A stretch of 64,000 nucleotides of DNA from Chlorobiota bacterium (GCA_013152085.1 JAADHC010000054.1:10756-74755), one strand, 5' to 3'; positions 10,194 to 22,175 are shown, counted from the stretch's first letter. The notes: a model not told the origin generated them from the sequence alone. A program made the numbers and translations.

Positions 10194-10958
10194 TTATTGA
10201 TTTTTGCGATATATATAAAAAGAATTGGCCTGGGCTGCAGGTGTAATAATTATCTCATTCAGGTTAACATGAGCGGGACGGGTAAGGGTGAAAAGAATGA
10301 TCTCGGCGATATCATTTCCTCTCAACGGATCCAGTCCCGAATAGACATGATCTGCTTTTTCTTTATTTCCCTTGAACCTGACAACTGAAAACTCGGTTTC
10401 CACCATTCCCGGATTAATGGAAGTAACTTTGATACCATGTTCAAGAAGGTCGATGCGCATGGCTTTGTTAATGGCATCTACGGCATGTTTCGTTGCACAA
10501 TAAACATTACCCTTAGCATAAACTTCCTTTCCGGCAGTAGATGATATATTGATAATATGGCCTTTTTTACGTTCAATCATACCGGGGATTACCGCCCGGG
10601 ATATATATAAAAGGCCTTTTACATTCGTGTCGATCATTTGTTCCCAGTCGTCAATATTTCCTTCCTGGATTGTGTCGAAGCCGGCAGCAAGACCGGCATT
10701 ATTTATAAGGATGTCGATATGCTGCCATTCGGAGGGAATTGAGGAGATGGCACTGCTCACCTCATCCCTGTTCCTGATATCAAAACAGCGTGTCAGTACA
10801 TGAACATCTGAAGTGTCTGTAATTTCTTTCTTTAAAACTTCCAGGCGCTCTGCACGGCGGCCTGTAATGATCAGATCGAAATGGTTCTCTGCCAATAACC
10901 GCATAGTAGCTTCTCCTATGCCGGATGTAGCTCCTGTGATGAGGGCTATATTTTTCAT
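10194..10958 (-). CDS. SDR family NAD(P)-dependent oxidoreductase (YdfG-like)
   Basis: TGATSGIG, NNAG, YCATKH, PGMVETEFS. Confidence 0.9.
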   Translation of the reverse strand: MKNIALITGATSGIGEATMRLLAENHFDLIITGRRAERLEVLKKEITDTSDVHVLTRCFDIRNRDEVSSAISSIPSEWQHIDILINNAGLAAGFDTIQEGNIDDWEQMIDTNVKGLLYISRAVIPGMIERKKGHIINISSTAGKEVYAKGNVYCATKHAVDAINKAMRIDLLEHGIKVTSINPGMVETEFSVVRFKGNKEKADHVYSGLDPLRGNDIAEIILFTLTRPAHVNLNEIIITPAAQANSFYIYRKNQ

Positions 10959-11092
10959 CGTTGTCTATTTTTTGCCAAAATTAGAAAAAAATCCATGCCT
11001 GCATTGATGAACTTTATCAGGGGATGATTCAAGTTTGGCAGCCTGACCCTAAAAAATGATAAATGAAAACTCAGAATCCGTAATTTCTTGGT

Positions 11093-11100
11093 TATCTTTG
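11093..11100 (+). promoter_or_regulatory. Bacteroidota -7 promoter element for purL
   Basis: TATCTTTG matches TAnnTTTG, 25 nt upstream of the ATG. Confidence 0.6.
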
Positions 11101-11125
11101 TTGCCATGGATTAAACCTTTTTTAT

Positions 11126-13357
11126 ATGGCGTTACCTGAAGTTTCTTTAGATACTGCCCGGGGACTGGGACTTGAAGATCAGGAATATGAGATGATCTGC
11201 AGCATACTGGGACGTGATCCAAATTTTACCGAGCTGAGCATATTTTCTGTAATGTGGTCAGAACATGCTTCTTATAAAAACTCGATCAAATTACTGAAAA
11301 CTTTACCGCGCGACGGAGAACAGATCCTTGCCGGTGCGGGCGAAGAAAATGCCGGCCTGGTGGATATCGGGAACGGACTGGCCTGTGCTTTTAAGATTGA
11401 ATCACATAATCATCCCTGTGCGATTGAGCCCTATCAGGGTGCTGCTACCGGTGTTGGCGGAATCAATCGCGATATCTTTACCATGGGAGCCCGTCCTATT
11501 GCCCAGTTAAATTCGCTGCGGTTTGGAAAGATTGACAGTGACCGTACACAATGGCTTATGAAAGGGGTGGTTAAGGGTATTGGAGATTATGGCAATGCTT
11601 TTGGTGTTCCTGTGCTTGCCGGCGAAGTCTATTTTAACGAGAGTTATAGTACTAATCCCCTTGTAAATGCTATGTCTGTCGGGATATTAAAGCACGAGGA
11701 GATAATATCGGCCATAGCAAAAGGGAAAGGAAACCCTGTATATATTGTCGGTTCATCTACAGGGAAGGACGGGATACATGGCGCCACTTTTGCATCTGCC
11801 GATATTACAGAAGATTCTGCCAATGATATCCCATCTATACAGGTAGGTGATCCCTTTATGGAAAAACTGTTGCTTGAAGCTACCCTGGAGTTGAACAAAA
11901 CCGGTGCTGTGGTAGGTATGCAGGATATGGGAGCTGCCGGGATTATCTGTTCAACTTCAGAGATGTCAGCAAAGGGAAACAGCGGCATGCGCATCGACCT
12001 GGATAAAGTCCCGTTACGGCAGCAAAATATAGAAGGGTGGGAGATTCTCCTGTCCGAATCGCAGGAACGTATGCTGGTGGTTGTTGAAAAGGGCCGGGAA
12101 AAAGATGTAGAGGCCGTTTTTGAGAAGTGGGATCTGAATTGTGAAATCATTGGTGAAGTCATTGACGAGGACCGGCTCTATTTTTACCGTTACGGTGAAC
12201 TGATTGCCGATGTTCCTGCTTCCGTCCTGGTTCTGGGTGGAGGCGCACCCCAATACGACAGGGAATATGAAGAACCCGGCTGGATAAAGGAATATCGTGA
12301 ATTTTCTATGAATGACATTCCGGAACCGGAGGAAATTCATGATATCATTCACCAATTGATTAATGATCCCAATATTGCCAGCAAACGATGGGTATATGAA
12401 CAGTACGATACGATGGTGGGAACAAGAAATATGTCAACCAATTTTCCGTCAGATGCCGGACTCGTGAATATTAAAGGGACACGGAGTGCCCTTGCCGTTA
12501 CCGTGGATTGTAATTCAAGATATGTACAAAGCGATCCGGAAACCGGTGCTCAGATTGCCGTTGCAGAAGCTGCCCGGAATATCGTATGCTCGGGAGGGAT
12601 ACCACTGGCGGTTACCAACTGCCTGAATTTTGGCAATCCCTATAATCCCGAAGTGTACTGGCAGTTTGTGCATGCCGTTAAAGGGATGGGCGAAGCATGC
12701 CGGAAGTTTAAAACGCCGGTTACCGGTGGCAATGTGAGTTTTTACAACCAGGCCTCCATCGGGGGAAAAGTCGAACCGGTATATCCTACACCAACTATCG
12801 GGATGATCGGACTATTGAAAGAGAAAAACAACCAGATGACCATCCCTTTCAAAAGTAAAGGAAATATGATCTATCTGATCGGAAAATCGGTGAACGATAT
12901 TGCTTCATCAGAATATCTTGCGCTGGTTCATGGTGTGGAAAAATCCCCGCCTCCTTATTTTAATATGGATGAAGAATTAAAAGTTCAGGAAGCCGTCCGG
13001 GATATGATTCGTTTTAGCCTGGTTCGTTCGGCTCATGATGTTTCCGAAGGAGGATTGTTTATTGCTTTAATGGAAAGTGGTATGCCCACAGGACTTGGGT
13101 TTGACATTACCACCGATGCTGAAATCCGTAAAGATGCTTTCCTGTTTGGCGAAGGACAGGGAAGGATCGTCGTATCCGTATCACCCACCCGTGAAACGGA
13201 ATTTATAGATTATATGGTTAATACCGGTGTGCCTTTTTCTGCATTGGGTCATGTTACCCGTGGTGAAATCCGTATTGATGATATTTCCTACGGATTTGTC
13301 TGTGATATGAAAAAAGAGTATGATACGGCCATAGAATCTTATTTCACCGTAAGTTAG
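11126..13357 (+). CDS. purL: Phosphoribosylformylglycinamidine synthase subunit PurL
   Basis: [44 protein letters not shown]. Confidence 0.97.
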   Translation: MALPEVSLDTARGLGLEDQEYEMICSILGRDPNFTELSIFSVMWSEHASYKNSIKLLKTLPRDGEQILAGAGEENAGLVDIGNGLACAFKIESHNHPCAIEPYQGAATGVGGINRDIFTMGARPIAQLNSLRFGKIDSDRTQWLMKGVVKGIGDYGNAFGVPVLAGEVYFNESYSTNPLVNAMSVGILKHEEIISAIAKGKGNPVYIVGSSTGKDGIHGATFASADITEDSANDIPSIQVGDPFMEKLLLEATLELNKTGAVVGMQDMGAAGIICSTSEMSAKGNSGMRIDLDKVPLRQQNIEGWEILLSESQERMLVVVEKGREKDVEAVFEKWDLNCEIIGEVIDEDRLYFYRYGELIADVPASVLVLGGGAPQYDREYEEPGWIKEYREFSMNDIPEPEEIHDIIHQLINDPNIASKRWVYEQYDTMVGTRNMSTNFPSDAGLVNIKGTRSALAVTVDCNSRYVQSDPETGAQIAVAEAARNIVCSGGIPLAVTNCLNFGNPYNPEVYWQFVHAVKGMGEACRKFKTPVTGGNVSFYNQASIGGKVEPVYPTPTIGMIGLLKEKNNQMTIPFKSKGNMIYLIGKSVNDIASSEYLALVHGVEKSPPPYFNMDEELKVQEAVRDMIRFSLVRSAHDVSEGGLFIALMESGMPTGLGFDITTDAEIRKDAFLFGEGQGRIVVSVSPTRETEFIDYMVNTGVPFSALGHVTRGEIRIDDISYGFVCDMKKEYDTAIESYFTVS

Positions 13358-13358
13358 C

Positions 13359-14102
13359 ATGAAAAAAACGGCTAACGGTAATCCTACGGGTGAAATCCTG
13401 AATAACAAAGGTCAACATATCGGACACATGTTTGACAGGATAGCTCGACGTTACGACTTCCTCAACCACCTGCTCTCCATGGGTATCGATCGGTATTGGC
13501 GCAGGATTACCATCAGGGAACTCTCAGGCACTTCTCCGGAGCATGTACTTGATGTGGCTACCGGTACCGGTGACCTGGCTATAGCCCTAAGCCGTAAGCT
13601 TGGATGTAAAGTTACAGGTGTGGATGTTTCTGTAAATATGATGGCTTATGGGGAAAAGAAAATTGCCAGACGAAAGTTGACCGGAAAGATTACTTTCGTT
13701 AAAGGAGTTGCAGAAGCGCTCGCGTTTGATGCAAATACCTTTGATGCCTCTACCGTAGCTTTTGGTGTAAGGAACTTTGGTGATCTTGAAAAAGGCCTGA
13801 AGGAGATCCTACGGGTACTTAAACCAGGATGCCCGCTGGCCGTTCTTGAATTTTCCATGCCCCGAAACAGATTGCTCAGGGGATGCTACACCTTTTATCT
13901 TTTTCATATTCTTCCGCTGGCCGGTAAAATAATTTCAGGTGACCGGCAGGCCTATGCTTACCTGCCGGCATCCATTAAAACTTTTCCAAAAGGTGATGAT
14001 TTTGCTCATATTATGCAACAGGTTGGTTATGAAGATGTCTGGTTTCGGCCGCTTTCGTATGGTATTGTAACCCTTTATCTGGGGATAAAGAAGATAAAAT
14101 AA
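13359..14102 (+). CDS. menG: Demethylmenaquinone methyltransferase UbiE/MenG
   Basis: YDFLNHLLSMGID, LDVATGTGD, VAFGVRNF, LEFS, AYAYLP. Confidence 0.93.
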   Translation: MKKTANGNPTGEILNNKGQHIGHMFDRIARRYDFLNHLLSMGIDRYWRRITIRELSGTSPEHVLDVATGTGDLAIALSRKLGCKVTGVDVSVNMMAYGEKKIARRKLTGKITFVKGVAEALAFDANTFDASTVAFGVRNFGDLEKGLKEILRVLKPGCPLAVLEFSMPRNRLLRGCYTFYLFHILPLAGKIISGDRQAYAYLPASIKTFPKGDDFAHIMQQVGYEDVWFRPLSYGIVTLYLGIKKIK

Positions 14103-14154
14103 TAATTTTACGGACAGTCAGTTATATCTATACTTAAAAAGATCAGTTATCGGA

Positions 14155-14856
14155 TTGAAACGGGGACTTTCCATATTATTCATTCTGGTGTCTTTTACGG
14201 TCGGGGCACAGCGGCCCCACGTAAAGAATAATCCGGCCTATGACGATAAACCACTCCATTTTGGGTTTACACTGGGATTGAATACCATGGATTTTTTTGT
14301 GACTCATGATCCTGCCGGTTATGCTCAGGATACTTTATATGCCAATGTCAGTAAGTTGCTTCCGGGTTTTAATATAGGTATTGTTTCCGATCTGCGCCTG
14401 GCAAAATACTGGGATCTGCGCTTTCTTCCCGGAATCAGTTTTGGGCAACGGGATCTTATTTATTACAGGAACCAGGTGGTTTATAATAGTAAACAACGGA
14501 TCGAATCTTCTTTTCTTGAGTTTCCCCTGATACTAAAGTATAAAGCAAAAAGAATTAATAATTTCAGGCCTTATCTTATGGCAGGAATCAACTACCGGAT
14601 CGATATGGCTTCGCGTAAAGCCTATAACCCTGACAAGGCTATCTATGTGCGTCTGAAAGCATTAGACTTGTACCATGAGGAAGGCTTTGGCATTGATTTT
14701 TATCTGCCATATTTCAAATTAACTACTGAACTCAAAGTCTCTACAGGTTTTAGAAATATTCTTGTTTCAGAACCATCGGCCGAAAAACCGGAATTTGCCC
14801 GTGCCTTGCAACGTCTCAGATCCCAAATATGGGTATTGTCATTCCATTTCGAATAA
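14155..14856 (+). CDS. porT: Type IX secretion system outer membrane protein PorT/SprT
   Basis: Signal peptide, YDDKPLHFGFTLGLN, LRFLPGISF, C-terminal SFHFE; conserved position after menG. Confidence 0.85.
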   Translation: MKRGLSILFILVSFTVGAQRPHVKNNPAYDDKPLHFGFTLGLNTMDFFVTHDPAGYAQDTLYANVSKLLPGFNIGIVSDLRLAKYWDLRFLPGISFGQRDLIYYRNQVVYNSKQRIESSFLEFPLILKYKAKRINNFRPYLMAGINYRIDMASRKAYNPDKAIYVRLKALDLYHEEGFGIDFYLPYFKLTTELKVSTGFRNILVSEPSAEKPEFARALQRLRSQIWVLSFHFE

Positions 14857-14880
14857 ATATATTAAAATATAAATAAATTT

Positions 14881-15657
14881 TTATGCGGGAATCTTCCTGG
14901 TGAGTTCGGCGCAGACAATGGCTGCCGCTGTGGAGAGATTTAGTGAATTGATAAACATGCTTGCCGTCTGACGCCCTGGAATAGTGAGGGGATAGGTGAT
15001 CACTTTCGTGAGCACAGGACTAATCCCTTTTGATTCATTGCCCAGTAGGATAACACCTTTTTTTTCAATAATCGAAGCAAAAATATCTTCACCATCGAGG
15101 ATGGTTCCATACACCGGAATACCCTGGTTGTTTGCCTGGTGTAACCAGATATCGAGACCGGTATAAAATACATCGACAAGGGTCAGTGCACCCATGCTGG
15201 CCTGAATAACTTTAGGATTAAAAACATCGACACTATCCGGAGAACAAATTACTTTTGAAATTCCGAACCATGCGGCTATACGAATCATGGTACCCAGATT
15301 TCCCGGATCCTGGATATTCTCGAGAACCAGCGTCCATTCATCGCCGGAAGGTGGAGGTATGGATTTCCCAACAGGCAGAGTGATCAAAGCAAGTACATTG
15401 TGCGGTGTTTTCAGGAAGCTTATCTTTTTCAATTCTTCGTAAGAAACTTCGTTAATATTCCCTGCATGATCTTCATCTCCGGATAATTGTTTTTTTATCC
15501 ATTCCTTTTTCGCAAAGATCTCCTTCACCTCCCATCTTTTACTATTGATAAATGTGTCTACAAGTTTGTCTCCTTCCGCAACAAACAGTTTGTGTTGGTA
15601 CCTGTATTTCTTTTGTCCAAGTGAGCGGATTTTTTTAATATGTGCTTTACTGATCAA
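14881..15657 (-). CDS. TrmH/SpoU family RNA methyltransferase
   Basis: LENIQDPGNLGTMIR, LGNESKGIS, SLNLSTAAAI. Confidence 0.92.
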   Translation of the reverse strand: MISKAHIKKIRSLGQKKYRYQHKLFVAEGDKLVDTFINSKRWEVKEIFAKKEWIKKQLSGDEDHAGNINEVSYEELKKISFLKTPHNVLALITLPVGKSIPPPSGDEWTLVLENIQDPGNLGTMIRIAAWFGISKVICSPDSVDVFNPKVIQASMGALTLVDVFYTGLDIWLHQANNQGIPVYGTILDGEDIFASIIEKKGVILLGNESKGISPVLTKVITYPLTIPGRQTASMFINSLNLSTAAAIVCAELTRKIPA

Positions 15658-15826
15658 GATATTGAATGATAAACGGAAATAATGGAATAAAGATAACGCA
15701 TTCTGTCCATTTTTCCCGGCATGAAGATTAATTCACTGAAGTCAGTTTAATTTCATGTTCGTTTCATGTCAAAAGTATCAAAGCCTGTGTATATTTGTAA
15801 ACTTTAAGGCGATAAAACTTACCGGG

Positions 15827-18184
15827 TTGGCAACAAACGAACGGCAGAAACATCTATTCTCAGACAGGAAGAAGATACTCTTCTATCTTATGATCATATA
15901 TTGTTTTTCAGTTTTATTTCAAGCATGTGCACCGGCAAAATATATCCCTGAGGGTCAGTATCTGCTTGATAAAAACAAAATCCGCATTGATCAGGAAAAC
16001 GAGATCAGAAAGCATAATATCCATAAACAGGATATCCGGGGCTATATACATCAGCAACCAAACGCGCGTATCTTTGGATTCCGTTTTAACCTTTGGTTAT
16101 ACAACTTGTCAAATCCGGAGAAAGACAACTGGATAAACAAATGGTTACGCCGTGTAGGAGATGAACCGGTTATTCTGGATACTATAGGTATTCTCAAATC
16201 TTCAGATCAGATTACTACTTATCTGCAAACACATGGTTATTTTAATACTGTAGTAAATGATTCGGTAATAAAAAGGAAAAAACGGGCCAAAGTCATTTTT
16301 TCGGTATACCCGGATAAACCGTATCTTGTTAACCGGATTAATTACAACATAAATGACAGTGTCCTTGCTCCCCTGATTCTTGAAGACACATTGAATTCCC
16401 TTGTAAAGAAGGGCCAGCCTTTTGAGGTAGACGTGCTGAAAAACGAACGTAAACGGTTAGAAAAAGTATTGCGGGATTCGGGTTTTTATGCTTTTAGCCG
16501 GGAGAATATTCGTTTTCTGGCCGATAGCTCAATCGGCAGGCAAAGGGTGAATTTGTCCCTGATCATAGAACCGGTGAGAGCCGGTAAGCGTACATCAGAC
16601 ATCAATGTCCGTTACCGTATCCGGAATGTATATTTTTTTGTTGACTATGATCCTCAATCTTCCTTAAAGAATCCGGTGACTTATTATGCTGCGCTCGATA
16701 CCCTTTTTGAGGATGGTTATTATTATGTATCAGAGAGTCGGCCTGCATTTGTAAAACGAAAGGTGATCAGGCAGGCAAATTACATCCGGCCCGGATCGGG
16801 ATACAGTCTGCAAAATGTTGAACTCACCAGAAAGCATCTTTCGGGACTTAAGGTATACAAATTCATTAATATCTATTTTACCCCGGCGGGTAATCATGAG
16901 GCAGGGGAAAGGATTATCGACTGTCATATTCAGCTTTCACCCGTTATGCAACAATCTTATGCTATTGAAGTTGAAGGAACCAACTCATCGGGAAATCTGG
17001 GAGGAGCATTGAATTTGCAGTATCAGCATCGTAATCTTTTTCACGGAGCTGAAATTTTTCGGATTAACCTGAAACAATCCATTGAAGCCCTGGCCCAGGA
17101 GCAGCGTGGCATAAAGCAGATTATAGGCTCGGCAGTTGAAACTGAACTTACTTTGCCTCAGTTCCTGTTTCCGGTTATTAATACGGAACGGTTTATAAAA
17201 AAATACAATCCCAAAACGAATATTTCATTCTCTTATAATTATCAGCGGCGTCCTGACTATACACGAACCATTTTTGCCGGTCTGATGGGATATAACTGGA
17301 TGTCTTCAAAATATGTTTCACACATCGTTTCCCCGTTGAATATCAATGCTGTGCATCTATCTTATATTGACCCTTCTTTCCTTGCTCATCTGGATACCAC
17401 GACATACCTGGCTTTTAGTTACCGGGATGTTTTTATCCCTGCCGGCAGTTATAGTTATATTTATGACAACCAGCGCCTGGGAAGAACGACGGACAGGCTT
17501 TATATGCGATTTAATGCCGAATTTGCCGGTAATTTGCTTCACGGCGTATACAAATTATTTAATGCACAGGCAGACAGTTTAGGCAGTTATCACATTCTTG
17601 GTTTGCAGTTTGCCCAATATGTAAAAACTGATTTTGATATTCGTTATACAGCGGTTATTAATGATGCAAACTCCGTTGTTTTCCGTGGTTTTGCCGGTAT
17701 CGGAATTCCTTATCTCAATTCCAGGGCCCTCCCGTTTGAAAAACAGTATTATGCAGGGGGCGCCAACGGCATCCGTGCCTGGCAGGTCAGATCTCTCGGA
17801 CCCGGATCATATGTAGTTAAGAATACCAGGTTTTATAACCAGACTGCTGATATGAAACTTGAAGCCAATATGGAATACCGGTTCAAATTGTTCTGGGTTC
17901 TTGAAGGTGCCCTGTTTTTGGATGCCGGTAATATCTGGGCCGTCAATCGGGAGGATGACCGTGCCGGAGCATTGTTCCGGCTGAATACTTTTATGGATGA
18001 TATTGCTCTTGGTACCGGATTGGGTGCCAGGTTTGATTTTAATTATTTTCTTTTTCGCATCGATCTGGGGATGAAATTGAGAGATCCGTCTATACAGGAA
18101 GGCAGCAGATGGATCTATGCCAGCCGGCCTTATCATTTTTCCCGGGACTTTGCCGTACAGGTGGGCATCGGTTATCCTTTCTGA
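15827..18184 (+). CDS. BamA/TamA-family outer membrane lipoprotein (TamL-like)
   Basis: Lipobox-like FQAC, POTRA-like region, YAGGANGIRAW, FLDAGNIW, C-terminal IGYPF. The ORF opens at 15755, but a TATATTTG promoter at 15790-15797 suggests a later start (TTG 15827 or ATG 15890). Confidence 0.85.
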   Translation: MATNERQKHLFSDRKKILFYLMIIYCFSVLFQACAPAKYIPEGQYLLDKNKIRIDQENEIRKHNIHKQDIRGYIHQQPNARIFGFRFNLWLYNLSNPEKDNWINKWLRRVGDEPVILDTIGILKSSDQITTYLQTHGYFNTVVNDSVIKRKKRAKVIFSVYPDKPYLVNRINYNINDSVLAPLILEDTLNSLVKKGQPFEVDVLKNERKRLEKVLRDSGFYAFSRENIRFLADSSIGRQRVNLSLIIEPVRAGKRTSDINVRYRIRNVYFFVDYDPQSSLKNPVTYYAALDTLFEDGYYYVSESRPAFVKRKVIRQANYIRPGSGYSLQNVELTRKHLSGLKVYKFINIYFTPAGNHEAGERIIDCHIQLSPVMQQSYAIEVEGTNSSGNLGGALNLQYQHRNLFHGAEIFRINLKQSIEALAQEQRGIKQIIGSAVETELTLPQFLFPVINTERFIKKYNPKTNISFSYNYQRRPDYTRTIFAGLMGYNWMSSKYVSHIVSPLNINAVHLSYIDPSFLAHLDTTTYLAFSYRDVFIPAGSYSYIYDNQRLGRTTDRLYMRFNAEFAGNLLHGVYKLFNAQADSLGSYHILGLQFAQYVKTDFDIRYTAVINDANSVVFRGFAGIGIPYLNSRALPFEKQYYAGGANGIRAWQVRSLGPGSYVVKNTRFYNQTADMKLEANMEYRFKLFWVLEGALFLDAGNIWAVNREDDRAGALFRLNTFMDDIALGTGLGARFDFNYFLFRIDLGMKLRDPSIQEGSRWIYASRPYHFSRDFAVQVGIGYPF

Positions 18185-19612
18185 TCATACATAGCTTAAT
18201 TTTAGCATATTTGTCCGTCCCCGCTGGTTTACAGGAGTACTTCCAACGTGGACGACCACATCTTCATCCTGTATATATTTTCCTTTTTTCAACACGGAGA
18301 TAGTATGAGCTATGGCTTCTTCAATTTTACTTACCGACTGCATATAAAATGCTTCGACACCATAAACCAGTGCCAATTTATTCAATACCTGGGGATTGTT
18401 GGTGAAAGCAAAAACTTTTACATCCGGCCGGTGACTTGCAATGTATAGAGCAGTAGCTCCTGAGTACGTAAAAGTAACAATGGCGGAGGCGCGTGTTTGT
18501 TCAGCCATCTTGCATGCATGGTAGCAAACCGATTCGGGAAGAAAAGTCTTGGAAAAATCAACAGGCGGGTGTTCTCTCAAATAATGAAAACCGTGTTCTT
18601 CCGTCCAGCGGATTATACTTTTCATATTTTTTACAACTTCTACCGGGTATTTTCCCACCGAAGTTTCTCCACTTAACATCAGACAATCGGCGCCGTCAAG
18701 AACAGCATTGGCTACATCCGTAGCTTCAGCCCGTGTCGGACGGAAATTATCGATCATGCTTTCCATCATTTGCGTGGCTATGATCACAGGTTTGGCCTGG
18801 TTAATACACCTTTGAATAATATCTTTCTGGATAACCGGAACTTTGTCAAACGGAACTTCTACTCCCAGATCTCCACGTGCGATCATAATTCCTCTGCTCA
18901 GGTCAATGATCTGGTCGATTTCCTCAAGAGCTTCAGGTTTTTCAATTTTCGCAATGATCCATGGTTGTTTTTTGTATCCTTTTATGATTTCGTGCAGATC
19001 AATGATGTCGGTTGCATGGCGAACAAAAGAAAGTGCAACCCAGTCAACTTCGTGAGCTATGGCAAAGTGTGCATCACGGATATCTTTTTCAGTAAGACTG
19101 GGAAGTGATATCCGTGTGTCGGGAAGGTTTACTCCTTTTCTTGAGGAGAGAATCCCTCCGTGAATGATACGGGCTTTTACGCTATCTTTCCCGTTACTTT
19201 CAACAACTTCAAGTTTGAGTTTACCGTCATCAATCAGAATGGCGTTACCTGGTTTTACATCGTGGGCAAAATCAGGATAACTCATATACACTTTCTTATC
19301 GGTTCCCAAACATTCATGGTGGGTGATTTCCAGAATCTGACCGTCTTCCAGCATTACACCGTTATTTTCCATTTCTCCGATACGTAACTTGGGTCCCTGA
19401 AGATCGGCAAGGATCCCGACAGGATGATCGGTTTTCTTTTGAAGATCCCGGATCTTCCGGATTGTTTCTTCATGCTGGTCATGTGAGCCGTGAGAAAAAT
19501 TAAGCCGGAAAATATTTACACCTGTCTGTACCAGTTTTTCCAATACTTCAGGTGAATCACTTGCAGGACCCAGTGTAGCGATAATCTTGGTTTTCGAATA
19601 AGGTGGTTTCAT
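18185..19612 (-). CDS. pyk: Pyruvate kinase
   Basis: TKIIATLGPAS, RLNFSHG, IMIARGDLGVE, ATQMMESM, MLSGET. Start placed at MKPPYSK because a minus-strand TACATTTG promoter lies at 19642-19649. Confidence 0.96.
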   Translation of the reverse strand: MKPPYSKTKIIATLGPASDSPEVLEKLVQTGVNIFRLNFSHGSHDQHEETIRKIRDLQKKTDHPVGILADLQGPKLRIGEMENNGVMLEDGQILEITHHECLGTDKKVYMSYPDFAHDVKPGNAILIDDGKLKLEVVESNGKDSVKARIIHGGILSSRKGVNLPDTRISLPSLTEKDIRDAHFAIAHEVDWVALSFVRHATDIIDLHEIIKGYKKQPWIIAKIEKPEALEEIDQIIDLSRGIMIARGDLGVEVPFDKVPVIQKDIIQRCINQAKPVIIATQMMESMIDNFRPTRAEATDVANAVLDGADCLMLSGETSVGKYPVEVVKNMKSIIRWTEEHGFHYLREHPPVDFSKTFLPESVCYHACKMAEQTRASAIVTFTYSGATALYIASHRPDVKVFAFTNNPQVLNKLALVYGVEAFYMQSVSKIEEAIAHTISVLKKGKYIQDEDVVVHVGSTPVNQRGRTNMLKLSYV

Positions 19613-19798
19613 ATTAAAAGATAATTTATAAGGATGATAAACAAATGTAATCAATTTTCCTTTCTTTAGAAGGTAAGTCCGGTAGTCTCTTTTGGCAGCG
19701 CAGGATAAAAGAGCGTAAAAGGGTAAATAAATAACGGATACTTTGGATAACCCAATGTTTTTTACGAATTTTCGCGCCTGAATTTTTAACCCTGAATC

Positions 19799-21118
19799 AT
19801 GGATATTAACCAGAGAGACAGTTTCGGAAGTAAATTTGGTGTCATTGCAGCCGCAGCGGGTTCTGCTATCGGGCTGGGGAATATCTGGCGCTTTCCTTAT
19901 ATTTTAGGTGAAAACGGAGGCGGCGCTTTCCTTTTGGTTTATCTGCTGTTTGTTGTGGGGATCGGCATACCCGTAATGTTGTCTGAATTTACGATTGGCA
20001 GAAGTGCCCAGCGAAATGCCGTTGGATCATTTATAAAACTGGCTCCGGGAAAACCATGGTATCTGGTCGGGGTTATGGGTGTGGGTGCGGCTTTTATGAT
20101 CCTGGCATTTTATACCGTAGTAGCCGGATGGACCCTCGAATATGTATACCAGTCTGTGATCAACGGGTTTCACGGGAAGACGCAGTTGGAAATCGGACAG
20201 ATGTTTGACCATTTCAGGGAAACATCCCGGCCGGTTATCTGGTTCGCCATTTTTATGCTCATGACCCTGGGTATTGTTATAGCGGGGGTAAAAAACGGTA
20301 TCGAGAAATATACAAAGATTCTTATGCCGATCCTGCTGCTGATTTTGATTATTATTTCAATACGGTCGATTACTTTGCCCGGATCAAGCCAGGGATTAAA
20401 GTTCCTCTTTTATCCTGATTTCTCAAAAATTACCCCGAAGGTTATTCTTGAAGCCCTCGGGCAGGCATTCTTTTCTCTCAGTATCGGGATGGGCACACTG
20501 ATTACTTATGGTTCGTATATTCAGAAAAAGGAAGATCTTATGAATACGGCGGTCAGTGTTACCATGGCAGATACCCTGATTGCCGTGCTGGCCGGGGTGG
20601 CCATTTTTCCGGCCGTATTTGCTTTTGGGATCCCTCCTGCAGCCGAAGAAGGACTGGTGTATAAAACTCTGCCGGTTATTTTTCAGCAAATGCCCGGCGG
20701 TTATCTGTTTTCTTTATTGTTTTTTGTGCTGCTGGCTGTTGCTGCCGTAACATCAACCATTTCGGTTCTTGAGGTCATTGTTGCCTATTTTTCGGAAGAA
20801 TTGAATATGTCACGAAAAGCGGCCACATGGCTGGGAACAATTTCCGTAGGTGTACTCGGGATCTTTGCATCATATTCGGGAAAAGTTTTTGATGTCCTTA
20901 ATTTTACTTCCGCAAATATCCTGTTACCTGTGGGCGGTTTGTTTATCGTATTATTTATTGGCTGGTATTTTGGACGGAAACGGACATTTGCAGAGATTTC
21001 CAACGAAGGAGTTCTGAAAGCAAGGCTGTTTAACGTATATCTTTTTCTGGTAAGGTTTATTGCTCCGATTGCTATTGCCCTGGTTTTCCTTAACGGGATT
21101 GGCCTGATTAAGTTCTGA
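19799..21118 (+). CDS. Sodium:neurotransmitter symporter (SNF/NSS) family transporter
   Basis: AAGSAIGLGNIWRFPY, GGGAFL, QAFFSLSIG. Confidence 0.95.
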   Translation: MDINQRDSFGSKFGVIAAAAGSAIGLGNIWRFPYILGENGGGAFLLVYLLFVVGIGIPVMLSEFTIGRSAQRNAVGSFIKLAPGKPWYLVGVMGVGAAFMILAFYTVVAGWTLEYVYQSVINGFHGKTQLEIGQMFDHFRETSRPVIWFAIFMLMTLGIVIAGVKNGIEKYTKILMPILLLILIIISIRSITLPGSSQGLKFLFYPDFSKITPKVILEALGQAFFSLSIGMGTLITYGSYIQKKEDLMNTAVSVTMADTLIAVLAGVAIFPAVFAFGIPPAAEEGLVYKTLPVIFQQMPGGYLFSLLFFVLLAVAAVTSTISVLEVIVAYFSEELNMSRKAATWLGTISVGVLGIFASYSGKVFDVLNFTSANILLPVGGLFIVLFIGWYFGRKRTFAEISNEGVLKARLFNVYLFLVRFIAPIAIALVFLNGIGLIKF

Positions 21119-21248
21119 GGTTAAAACTGGCACTCCGGTTTTTTAAAATTTGATACCATAAATTAACCGGGGATATCAATACCTTTCGCTGGATTTATTA
21201 TCTTTGGGTTACAACCAGACTATACCGCACTCAAAATAATCTCATCTA

Positions 21249-22175
21249 ATGCCTGAGAAAATTACCGGATGGAAGAATTGGTTCGTATTCAGCAAAAGAG
21301 AGCGGATAGCAGCATGGATACTTTTTCTGCTGCTCATCGTTGTTTGTATACTTATCGTTTTCCGGGAAAGGAAATCCCACGACAAAAATTATAACGTTTC
21401 GATGTTTGATTCGCTGGTAGGAGTACTTACGGATACGGAAACAAGCGATAATACCCGCAGTCCTTCCTTTCAGCCGGAACGGAAAAATATTGTTTTCCAG
21501 GATTCACATAACGGTATAGTTGATACAGAATCTGTTTGTCATGATCCGAACCGGATGCAGTTTGGTGATTGGTATGCCCTGGGTCTTCCATTTTCCCTGA
21601 TCCGGACACTCCTGAATTACAGAAGTGCAGGTGGCTATTTTTATGTCCGTGAAGATTTGAAAAAGGTTTATGGAATGACAGATAGTATTTACGATGCCAT
21701 ATCAACCTGGCTTGAGGTGCCCGACTCGATGCCTGTTGTGTCCGGAGTGATTGCTGACCGGATGCCGTCAGGTTTTGTGACTGTCAAACTGAATCAGGCT
21801 GATTCGGTTACTTTATTGACATTGCCGGGCATCGGGCCTGTCCTTGCTGGACGGATCCTCAGGTACCGTGATTTGCTGGGTGGGTTTGTTATCAAAGATC
21901 AGTTGACAGAGGTTTATGGCTTGTCAGAACAGACATTTCACCGGATTGAACCATTGCTGGTTATAGATTCATCAAGGATCATACAAATCAATTTGAACAG
22001 GAGTAGCTTTGCTGAATTGGTACGACATCCATACATATCTGTTTATACTGCCAACGCTATTCTGGCTTACCGTAATTTTAAAGGTAATATAGATTCACTG
22101 GAGGAGCTTACCGGGGAAAAGCTGATTACGGGGAACAATTTTATCAGGTTAAGGCCTTATTTACGTGTGCGTTAA
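21249..22175 (+). CDS. ComEA-like helix-hairpin-helix DNA-binding membrane protein
   Basis: N-terminal TM, LNQAD..LLTLPGIGPVLAGRILRYR..LGGF, further HhH repeats. Confidence 0.85.
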   Translation: MPEKITGWKNWFVFSKRERIAAWILFLLLIVVCILIVFRERKSHDKNYNVSMFDSLVGVLTDTETSDNTRSPSFQPERKNIVFQDSHNGIVDTESVCHDPNRMQFGDWYALGLPFSLIRTLLNYRSAGGYFYVREDLKKVYGMTDSIYDAISTWLEVPDSMPVVSGVIADRMPSGFVTVKLNQADSVTLLTLPGIGPVLAGRILRYRDLLGGFVIKDQLTEVYGLSEQTFHRIEPLLVIDSSRIIQINLNRSSFAELVRHPYISVYTANAILAYRNFKGNIDSLEELTGEKLITGNNFIRLRPYLRVR